Assembly (NCBI RefSeq): GCF_009914755.1
Contig: NC_060928.1
Source: the human T2T-CHM13v2.0 reference genome, Homo sapiens
DNA: 64,000 nucleotides
Direction: 5' to 3' (one strand)
Part shown: positions 26,484 through 37,900 of the stretch, in pieces
Numbering within the stretch: the first letter of the stretch is position 1
Layout: each line of letters opens with the position of its first letter
Position numbers and translations under genes: made by a program
The notes under the pieces: model-generated
Told to the model about the DNA's origin: nothing
Databases searched by the model: none
Seen by the model: only the letters and a program-made list of their open reading frames with translations

Positions 26484-29400
26484 CATTCTCAGAAACTTGT
26501 TTGTGATGTGTGTATTCAACTAACAGAGTTGAACTTTTGTTTTTACAGAGCCGTTTTAAAACACTCTTTTTGTGGAATCAGAAAGTGGATATTCGGATGG
26601 CTCTGAGGATTTCGTTGGAAGCGGGATTACATATAAAATCTAGAGAGAAGCATTCTCAGGAACTTCTTTGTGATGTTTGCATTGAAGTCACAGAATTGAA
26701 CATTCACTTTGATAGAGCAGGTTTGAAACACTCATTCTGTAGTATCTGGAAGTGGACATTTCAAGCGCTTTCAGGCCTATGGTGAAAAAGGAAATATCTT
26801 CGAATAAAAACTAGACAGAAGCATCCTCAGAAACTTATTTGTGATGTGTGTCCTCAACTAACAGAGTTGAAACTTTGTTTTGATACAGCATTTTGGAAAC
26901 ACTCCTTTTGTAGAATCTGCAGGTGGATATGTGGATAGCTCTGAAGATTTCGTTGGAAACGGGAATTTCTTCATATAAAATCAAACAGAAGCATTCTCAG
27001 AAACTTCTCAGTGATGTTTGCATTCAGCTCATGGAGTTGAACACTTCCTTTCATAGAGCCGGTTTGAAACACTCTTTCTGCACTACCTGGAAGAGGCCAT
27101 TTCGAGCGCTTTGAGTCCTATGGTGAAAAAGGAAATATCTTCTCATAAAAACCAGAAAGAAGCATTCTCAGAAACTTCTCAGTGATGTTTGCATTCAGCT
27201 CATGGAGTTGAACACTTCCTTTCATAGAGCCGGTTTGAAACACTCTTTCTGCACTACCTGGAAGAGGACATTTCGAGCGCTTTGAGTCCTATGGTGAAAA
27301 AGGAAATATCTTCTCATAAAAACCAGAAAGAAGCATTCTCAGAAACTTCTTTGTGTTGTGTGTACTCATGTAACAGTGTTGAACCATCCTTTTGACAGAG
27401 CAGTTTTGAAACACTCTTTTTGTAGAATCTGCAAGTGGATATTTGGATAGCTTTGAGGATTTCGTTGGAAACGGGATGACATATAATATCTAGAGAGAAG
27501 CATTCTCAGGAACTTCTTTGTGATGTTTGCATTCAAGTCACAGAATTGAACATTCCCTTTCATAGAGCAGGTTTGAAACACTCTTTCTCTAGTATCTGGA
27601 AGTGGGCATTTCAAGCGCTTTCAGGCCTATGGAGAGAAAGGAAATACCTTCAAATAAAAACTAGACAGAAGCATTCTCAGAAACTTATTTGTGATGTGTG
27701 TCCTCAACTAACAGAGTTGTACCTTTGTTTTGATACAGCATTTTGGAAACACTCCTTTTGTAGAATCTGCAGGTGGATATTTGGATAACTTTGAAGATTT
27801 CGTTGGAAACCGGAATATCTTCATATAAAATCAAGACAGAAGCATTCTCGGAAACATCTCTGTGATGTTTGCATTCAACTCAGTAGAGTTGAACACTTCC
27901 TTTCATAGAGCATGTTTGAAACACTCTTTCTGCACTACCTGGAAGCGGACATTTCGAGCGCTTTGAGGCCTATGGTGAAAAAGGAAATATCTTCTCATAA
28001 AAACCAGAAAGAAGCATTCTCAGAAACTTCTTTGTGTTGTGTGTACTCAAGTAACAGTGTTGAACCTTCCTTTTGACACAGCAGTTTTGAAACACTCTTT
28101 TGGTAGAATCTGCAAGTGGATATTTGGATAGCTTTGAGGATTTCGTTGGAAACGGGTTATCTTCATATAAAATCCAGACAGGAGCATTCTCAGAAACTTC
28201 TTTGTGCTGCATGTCCTCAATTCACAGAGCTGAACCTTTGTTTGGATACAGCATTTTGGAAACATTCCTTTAGTAGAATCTGCAAGTTGATATTTAGATA
28301 GCTTTGAAGATTTCGTTGGAAACGGGAATATCTTCATAGAAAATCTAGACGGAAGCATTCTCAGAAACTGCTTTGTGATGTTTGCATTCAAGTCACAGAG
28401 TTGAATATTCCCTTTTATAGAGTAGGTTTGAAACACTCTTTCGGCACTACCTGGAAGTGGATATTTCGAGCTCTTTGAGGCCTATGGTTAAAAGGAAATA
28501 TCTTCCCATAAAAACTAGACAGAAGCCGTCTCAGAAACTTGTTTGTGATGTGTGTATTCAACTAACAGAGTTGAACATTTCTGTTACAGAGCAATTTTAA
28601 AACACTCTTTTTGTGGAATCTGAAAGTGGATAATTGGATAGCTTTGTGGATTTCGTTGGAAACGGGATGACGTATAAAATCTAGAGAGAAGCATTCTCAG
28701 GAACTTCTTTCTGATGTTTGCATTCAAGTCACAGAATTGAACATTCCTTTTCATAGTGCAGGTTTGAAACACTCTTTCTGTAGTATCTGGAAGTGGACAT
28801 TTCAAGCGCTTTCAGGCCTACGGGGAGAAAGGAAATATCTTCAAATAAAAACTAGACAGAAGGATTCTCAGAAACTTATTTGTGATGTGTGTCCTAAACG
28901 AACACAGTTGAACCTTTGTTTAGATACAGCATTTTGGAAACACTCCTTTTGTAGGATCTGCAGGTGGATATTTGGATAGATTTTAAGATTTCGTTGGAAA
29001 CGGGAGTTTCTTCATAGAAACTCAAGACAGATGCATTCTCAGAAACATCTCTGTGATGTTTGCATTCCACTCATAGAGTTGAAAACTTCCTTTCATAGAG
29101 CAGGTTTGAAACACTCTTTTTGTAATATTTGGAAGTGGACATTTGCAGCGCTTTGAGGCCTATGGTGAAAAAGGAAATATCTTCTCATAAAAACCAGAAA
29201 CAAGCATTCTCAGAAACTTCTTTTTGATGTGTGTACTCAAGTAACAGAGTTGAACCTTCCTTTTGACACAGCAGTTTTGAAACAATCTTTTTGTAGAATC
29301 TGCAAGTGGATATTTGGATAGCTTTGAGGATTTCGTTGGAAACGGGATATCTTCATATAAAATCTAGACAGAAGCATTCTCAGAAACTTCTTTGTGCTGT

Positions 29401-29716
29401 ATGTCCTCAATTAACAGAGTTGAACCATTGCTTGGATACAGCATTTTGGAAACATTCCTTTAGTAGAATCTGCAAGTTGATATTGAGATAGATTTGAAGA
29501 TTTCGTTGGAAAAGGGAATATCTCCATATAAAATCTAGACGGAAGCATTCTCAGAAACTGCTTTGTGATGTTTCCATTCAAGTCACAGAGTTGAATATTC
29601 CCTTTTATAGAGCACGTTTGAAACACTCTTTCTGCACTATCTGGAAGTGGACATTTCGAGCGCTTTGAGGCCTATGGTGAAAAAGGAAATATCTTCCCAT
29701 AAAAATTAGACAGAAG
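26484..29716 (+). repeat. Non-canonical 19-monomer unit (3233 bp): m1, m2, m3/m4 hybrid, m5, m5, m6-m19
   Basis: Two adjacent m5 monomers at ~26992 and 27163 (CTCAGTGATG...CAGCTCATGG twice). The first has GAGGCC, the second GAGGAC. Confidence 0.92.
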
Positions 29717-30733
29717 CATTCTCAGAAACTTGTTTGTGATGTGTGTATTCAACTAACAGAGTTGAACTTTTGTTTTTACAGAGCCGTTTTAAAACACTCT
29801 TTTTGTGGAATCAGAAAGTGGATATTCGGATGGCTCTGAGGATTTCGTTGGAAGCGGGATTACATATAAAATCTAGAGAGAAGCATTCTCAGGAACTTCT
29901 TTGTGATGTTTGCATTGAAGTCACAGAATTGAACATTCACTTTGATAGAGCAGGTTTGAAACACTCATTCTGTAGTATCTGGAAGTGGACATTTCAAGCG
30001 CTTTCAGGCCTATGGTGAAAAAGGAAATATCTTCGAATAAAAACTAGACAGAAGCATCCTCAGAAACTTATTTGTGATGTGTGTCCTCAACTAACAGAGT
30101 TGAAACTTTGTTTTGATACAGCATTTTGGAAACACTCCTTTTGTAGAATCTGCAGGTGGATATGTGGATAGCTCTGAAGATTTCGTTGGAAACGGGAATT
30201 TCTTCATATAAAATCAAACAGAAGCATTCTCAGAAACTTCTCAGTGATGTTTGCATTCAGCTCATGGAGTTGAACACTTCCTTTCATAGAGCCGGTTTGA
30301 AACACTCTTTCTGCACTACCTGGAAGAGGCCATTTCGAGCGCTTTGAGTCCTATGGTGAAAAAGGAAATATCTTCTCATAAAAACCAGAAAGAAGCATTC
30401 TCAGAAACTTCTTTGTGTTGTGTGTACTCATGTAACAGTGTTGAACCATCCTTTTGACAGAGCAGTTTTGAAACACTCTTTTTGTAGAATCTGCAAGTGG
30501 ATATTTGGATAGCTTTGAGGATTTCGTTGGAAACGGGATGACATATAATATCTAGAGAGAAGCATTCTCAGGAACTTCTTTGTGCTGTTTGCATTCAAGT
30601 CACAGAATTGAACATTCCCTTTCATAGAGCAGATTTGAAACACTCTTTCTCTAGTATCTGGAAGTGGGCATTTCAAGCGCTTTCAGGCCTATTGAGAGAA
30701 AGGAAATACCTTCAAATAAAAACTAGACAGAAG
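29717..30733 (+). repeat. 6-mer HOR variant (1017 bp)
   Basis: Spacing 29743->30760. Confidence 0.93.
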
Positions 30734-31920
30734 CATTCTCAGAAACTTGTTTGTGATGTGTGTATTCAACTAACAGAGTTGAACTTTTGTTTTTACAGAG
30801 CCGTTTTAAAACACTCTTTTTGTGGAATCAGAAAGTGGATATTCGGATGGCTCTGAGGATTTCGTTGGAAGCGGGATTACATATAAAATCTAGAGAGAAG
30901 CATTCTCAGGAACTTCTTTGTGATGTTTGCATTGAAGTCACAGAATTGAACATTCACTTTGATAGAGCAGGTTTGAAACACTCATTCTGTAGTATCTGGA
31001 AGTGGACATTTCAAGCGCTTTCAGGCCTATGGTGAGAAAGGAAATATCTTCGAATAAAAACTAGACAGAAGCATCCTCAGAAACTTATTTGTGATGTGTG
31101 TCCTCAACTAACAGAGTTGAAACTTTGTTTTGATACAGCATTTTGGAAACACTCTTTTTGTAGAATCTGCAGGTGGGTATTTGGATAGCTTAGAGGGATT
31201 CGTTGGAAAGGGGATATCTTCATATAAAATCTAGACAGAAGCATTCTCAGAAACTTATTTGTGATGTGTGTCCTCAACTAACAGAGTTGAACCTTGGTTT
31301 TGATACAGCATTTTGGAAACACTCCTTTTGTAGAATCTGCAGGTGGATATGTGGATAGCTCTGAAGATTTCGTTGGAAACGGGAATTTCTTCATATAAAA
31401 TCAAACAGAAGCATTCTCAGAAACTTCTCAGTGATGTTTGCATTCAGCTCATGGAGTTGAACACTTCCTTTCATAGAGCCGGTTTGAAACACTCTTTCTG
31501 CACTACCTGGAAGAGGCCATTTCGAGCGCTTTGAGTCCTATGGTGAAAAAGGAAATATCTTCTCATAAAAACCAGAAAGAAGCATTCTCAGAAACTTCTT
31601 TGTGTTGTGTGTACTCATGTAACAGTGTTGAACCATCCTTTTGACAGAGCAGTTTTGAAACACTCTTTTTGTAGAATCTGCAAGTGGATATTTGGATAGC
31701 TTTGAGGATTTCGTTGGAAACGGGATGACATATAATATCTAGAGAGAAGCATTCTCAGGAACTTCTTTGTGCTGTTTGCATTCAAGTCACAGAATTGAAC
31801 ATTCCCTTTCATAGAGCAGATTTGAAACACTCTTTCTCTAGTATCTGGAAGTGGGCATTTCAAGCGCTTTCAGGCCTATTGAGAGAAAGGAAATACCTTC
31901 AAATAAAAACTAGACAGAAG
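30734..31920 (+). repeat. 7-mer HOR variant (1187 bp): m1-m7
   Basis: Spacing 30760->31947. m3 and m4 are separate monomers. m5-m7 carry the 6-mer SNPs and m7 joins m1. Confidence 0.92.
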
Positions 31921-34900
31921 CATTCTCAGAAACTTGTTTGTGATGTGTGTATTCAACTAACAGAGTTGAACTTTTGTTTTTACAGAGCCGTTTTAAAACA
32001 CTCTTTTTGTGGAATCAGAAAGTGGATATTCGGATGGCTCTGAGGATTTCGTTGGAAGCGGGATTACATATAAAATCTAGAGAGAAGCATTCTCAGGAAC
32101 TTCTTTGTGATGTTTGCATTGAAGTCACAGAATTGAACATTCACTTTGATAGAGCAGGTTTGAAACACTCATTCTGTAGTATCTGGAAGTGGACATTTCA
32201 AGCGCTTTCAGGCCTATGGTGAGAAAGGAAATATCTTCGAATAAAAACTAGACAGAAGCATCCTCAGAAACTTATTTGTGATGTGTGTCCTCAACTAACA
32301 GAGTTGAAACTTTGTTTTGATACAGCATTTTGGAAACACTCTTTTTGTAGAATCTGCAGGTGGATATTTGGATAGCTTAGAGGGATTCGTTGGAAAGGGG
32401 ATATCTTCATATAAAATCTAGACAGAAGCATTCTCAGAAACTTATTTGTGATGTGTGTCCTCAACTAACAGAGTTGAACCTTGGTTTTGATACAGCATTT
32501 TGGAAACACTCCTTTTGTAGAATCTGCAGGTGGATATGTGGATAGCTCTGAAGATTTCGTTGGAAACGGGAATTTCTTCATAGAAAATCAAACAGAAGCA
32601 TTCTCAGAAACTTCTCAGTGATGTTTGCATTCAGCTCATGGAGTTGAACACTTCCTTTCATAGAGCCGGTTTGAAACACTCTTTCTGCACTACCTGGAAG
32701 AGGACATTTCGAGCGCTTTGAGTCCTATGGTGAAAAAGGAAATATCTTCTCATAAAAACCAGAAAGAAGCATTCTCAGAAACTTCTTTGTGTTGTGTGTA
32801 CTCATGTAACAGTGTTGAACCATCCTTTTGACAGAGCAGTTTTGAAACACTCTTTTTGTAGAATCTGCAAGTGGATATTTGGATAGCTTTGAGGATTTCG
32901 TTGGAAACGGGATGACATATAATATCTAGAGAGAAGCATACTCAGGAACTTCTTTGTGATGTTTGCATTCAAGTCACAGAATTGAACATTCCCTTTCATA
33001 GAGCAGGTTTGAAACACTCTTTCTCTAGTATCTGGAAGTGGGCATTTCAAGCGCTTTCAGGCCTATGGAGAGAAAGGAAATACCTTCAAATAAAAACTAG
33101 ACAGAAGCATTCTCAGAAACTTATTTGTGATGTGTGTCCTCAACTAACAGAGTTGAACCTTTGTTTTGATACAGCATTTTGGAAACACTCCTTTTGTAGA
33201 ATCTGCAGGTGGATATTTGGATAACTTTGAAGATTTCGTTGGAAACCGGAATATCTTCATATAAAATCAAGACAGAAGCATTCTCGGAAACATCTCTGTG
33301 ATGTTTGCATTCAACTCAGTAGAGTTGAACACTTCCTTTCATAGAGCAGGTTTGAAACACTCTTTCTGCACTACCTGGAAGCGGACATTTCGAGCGCTTT
33401 GAGGCCTATGGTGAAAAAGGAAATATCTTCTCATAAAAACCAGAAAGAAGCATTCTCAGAAACTTCTTTGTGTTGTGTGTACTCAAGTAACAGTGTTGAA
33501 CCTTCCTTTTGACACAGCAGTTTTGAAACACTCTTTTGGTAGAATCTGCAAGTGGATATTTGGATAGCTTTGAGGATTTCGTTGGAAACGGGTTATCTTC
33601 ATATAAAATCCAGACAGGAGCATTCTCAGAAACTTCTTTGTGCTGCATGTCCTCAATTCACAGAGCTGAACCTTTGTTTGGATACAGCATTTTGGAAACA
33701 TTCCTTTAGTAGAATCTGCAAGTTGATATTTAGATAGCTTTGAAGATTTCGTTGGAAACGGGAATATCTTCATAGAAAATCTAGACGGAAGCATTCTCAG
33801 AAACTGCTTTGTGATGTTTGCATTCAAGTCACAGAGTTGAATATTCCCTTTTATAGAGTAGGTTTGAAACACTCTTTCGGCACTACCTGGAAGTGGATAT
33901 TTCGAGCTCTTTGAGGCCTATGGTTAAAAGGAAATATCTTCCCATAAAAACTAGACAGAAGCCGTCTCAGAAACTTGTTTGTGATGTGTGTATTCAACTA
34001 CCAGAGTTGAACATTTCTGTTACAGAGCAATTTTAAAACACTCTTTTTGTGGAATCTGAAAGTGGATAATTGGATAGCTTTGTGGATTTCGTTGGAAACG
34101 GGATGACGTATAAAATCTAGAGAGAAGCATTCTCAGGAACTTCTTTCTGATGTTTGCATTCAAGTCACAGAATTGAACATTCCTTTTCATAGTGCAGGTT
34201 TGAAACACTCTTTCTGTAGTATCTGGAAGTGGACATTTCAAGCGCTTTCAGGCCTACGGGGAGAAAGGAAATATCTTCAAATAAAAACTAGACAGAAGGA
34301 TTCTCAGAAACTTATTTGTGATGTGTGTCCTAAACGAACACAGTTGAACCTTTGTTTTGATACAGCATTTTGGAAACACTCCTTTTGTAGGATCTGCAGG
34401 TGGATATTTGGATAGATTTTAAGATTTCGTTGGAAACGGGAGTTTCTTCATAGAAACTCAAGACAGATGCATTCTCAGAAACATCTCTGTGATGTTTGCA
34501 TTCCACTCATAGAGTTGAAAACTTCCTTTCATAGAGCAGGTTTGAAACACTCTTTTTGTAATATTTGGAAGTGGACATTTGCAGCGCTTTGAGGCCTATG
34601 GTGAAAAAGGAAATATCTTCTCATAAAAACCAGAAACAAGCATTCTCAGAAACATCTTTTTGATGTGTGTACTCAAGTAACAGAGTTGAACCTTCCTTTT
34701 GACACAGCAGTTTTGAAACAATCTTTTTGTAGAATCTGCAAGTGGATATTTGGATAGCTTTGAGGATTTCGTTGGAAACGGGATATCTTCATATAAAATC
34801 TAGACAGAAGCATTCTCAGAAACTTCTTTGTGCTGTATGTCCTCAATTAACAGAGTTGAACCATTGCTTGGATACAGCATTTTGGAAACATTCCTTGAGT

Positions 34901-37900
34901 AGAATCTGCAAGTTGATATTGAGATAGATTTGAAGATTTCGTTGGAAAAGGGAATATCTCCATATAAAATCTAGAGGGAAGCATTCTCAGAAACTGCTTT
35001 GTGATGTTTCCATTCAAGTCACAGAGTTGAATATTCCCTTTTATAGAGCACGTTTGAAACACTCTGCACTATCTGGAAGTGGACATTTCGAGCGCTTTGA
35101 GGCCTATGGTGAAAAAGGAAATATCTTCCCATAAAAACTAGACAGAAGCATTCTCAGAAACTTGTTTGTGATGTGTGTATTCAACTAACAGAGTTGAACT
35201 TTTGTTTTTACAGAGCCGTTTTAAAACACTCTTTTTGTGGAATCAGAAAGTGGATATTCGGATGGCTCTGAGGATTTCGTTGGAAGCGGGATTACATATA
35301 AAATCTAGAGAGAAGCATTCTCAGGAACTTCTTTGTGATGTTTGCATTGAAGTCACAGAATTGAACATTCACTTTGATAGAGCAGGTTTGAAACACTCAT
35401 TCTGTAGTATCTGGAAGTGGACATTTCAAGCGCTTTCAGGCCTATGGTGAGAAAGGAAATATCTTCGAATAAAAACTAGACAGAAGCATCCTCAGAAACT
35501 TATTTGTGATGTGTGTCCTCAACTAACAGAGTTGAAACTTTGTTTTGATACAGCATTTTGGAAACACTCTTTTTGTAGAATCTGCAGGTGGATATTTGGA
35601 TAGCTTAGAGGGATTCGTTGGAAAGGGGATATCTTCATATAAAATCTAGACAGAAGCATTCTCAGAAACTTATTTGTGATGTGTGTCCTCAACTAACAGA
35701 GTTGAACCTTGGTTTTGATACAGCATTTTGGAAACGCTCCTTTTGTAGAATCTGCAGGTGGATATGTGGATAGCTCTGAAGATTTCGTTGGAAACGGGAA
35801 TTTCTTCATATAAAATCAAACAGAAGCATTCTCAGAAACTTCTCAGTGATGTTTGCATTCAGCTCATGGAGTTGAACACTTCCTTTCATAGAGCCGGTTT
35901 GAAACACTCTTTCTGCACTACCTGGAAGAGGCCATTTCGAGCGCTTTGAGTCCTATGGTGAAAAAGGAAATATCTTCTCATAAAAACCAGAAAGAAGCAT
36001 TCTCAGAAACTTCTTTGTGTTGTGTGTACTCATGTAACAGTGTTGAACCATCCTTTTGACAGAGCAGTTTTGAAACACTCTTTTTGTAGAATCTGCAAGT
36101 GGATATTTGGATAGCTTTGAGGATTTCGTTGGAAACGGGATGACATATAATATCTAGAGAGAAGCATACTCAGGAACTTCTTTGTGATGTTTGCATTCAA
36201 GTCACAGAATTGAACATTCCCTTTCATAGAGCAGGTTTGAAACACTCTTTCTCTAGTATCTGGAAGTGGGCATTTCAAGCGCTTTCAGGCCTATGGAGAG
36301 AAAGGAAATACCTTCAAATAAAAACTAGACAGAAGCATTCTCAGAAACTTATTTGTGATGTGTGTCCTCAACTAACAGAGTTGAACCTTTGTTTTGATAC
36401 AGCATTTTGGAAACACTCCTTTTGTAGAATCTGCAGGTGGATATTTGGATAACTTTGAAGATTTCGTTGGAAACCGGAATATCTTCATATAAAATCAAGA
36501 CAGAAGCATTCTCGGAAACATCTCTGTGATGTTTGCATTCAACTCAGTAGAGTTGAACACTTCCTTTCATAGAGCAGGTTTGAAACACTCTTTCTGCACT
36601 ACCTGGAAGCGGACATTTCGAGCGCTTTGAGGCCTATGGTGAAAAAGGAAATATCTTCTCATAAAAACCAGAAAGAAGCATTCTCAGAAACTTCTTTGTG
36701 TTGTGTGTACTCAAGTAACAGTGTTGAACCTTCCTTTTGACACAGCAGTTTTGAAACACTCTTTTGGTAGAATCTGCAAGTGGATATTTGGATAGCTTTG
36801 AGGATTTCGTTGGAAACGGGTTATCTTCATATAAAATCCAGACAGGAGCATTCTCAGAAACTTCTTTGTGCTGCATGTCCTCAATTCACAGAGCTGAACC
36901 TTTGTTTGGATACAGCATTTTGGAAACATTCCTTTAGTAGAATCTGCAAGTTGATATTTAGATAGCTTTGAAGATTTCGTTGGAAACGGGAATATCTTCA
37001 TAGAAAATCTAGACGGAAGCATTCTCAGAAACTGCTTTGTGATGTTTGCATTCAAGTCACAGAGTTGAATATTCCCTTTTATAGAGTAGGTTTGAAACAC
37101 TCTTTCGGCACTACCTGGAAGTGGATATTTCGAGCTCTTTGAGGCCTATGGTTAAAAGGAAATATCTTCCCATAAAAACTAGACAGAAGCCGTCTCAGAA
37201 ACTTGTTTGTGATGTGTGTATTCAACTAACAGAGTTGAACATTTCTGTTACAGAGCAATTTTAAAACACTCTTTTTGTGGAATCTGAAAGTGGATAATTG
37301 GATAGCTTTGTGGATTTCGTTGGAAACGGGATGACGTATAAAATCTAGAGAGAAGCATTCTCAGGAACTTCTTTCTGATGTTTGCATTCAAGTCACAGAA
37401 TTGAACATTCCTTTTCATAGTGCAGGTTTGAAACACTCTTTCTGTAGTATCTGGAAGTGGACATTTCAAGCGCTTTCAGGCCTACGGGGAGAAAGGAAAT
37501 ATCTTCAAATAAAAACTAGACAGAAGGATTCTCAGAAACTTATTTGTGATGTGTGTCCTAAACGAACACAGTTGAACCTTTGTTTTGATACAGCATTTTG
37601 GAAACACTCCTTTTGTAGGATCTGCAGGTGGATATTTGGATAGATTTTAAGATTTCGTTGGAAACGGGAGTTTCTTCATAGAAACTCAAGACAGATGCAT
37701 TCTCAGAAACATCTCTGTGATGTTTGCATTCCACTCATAGAGTTGAAAACTTCCTTTCATAGAGCAGGTTTGAAACACTCTTTTTGTAATATTTGGAAGT
37801 GGACATTTGCAGCGCTTTGAGGCCTATGGTGAAAAAGGAAATATCTTCTCATAAAAACCAGAAACAAGCATTCTCAGAAACTTCTTTTTGATGTGTGTAC

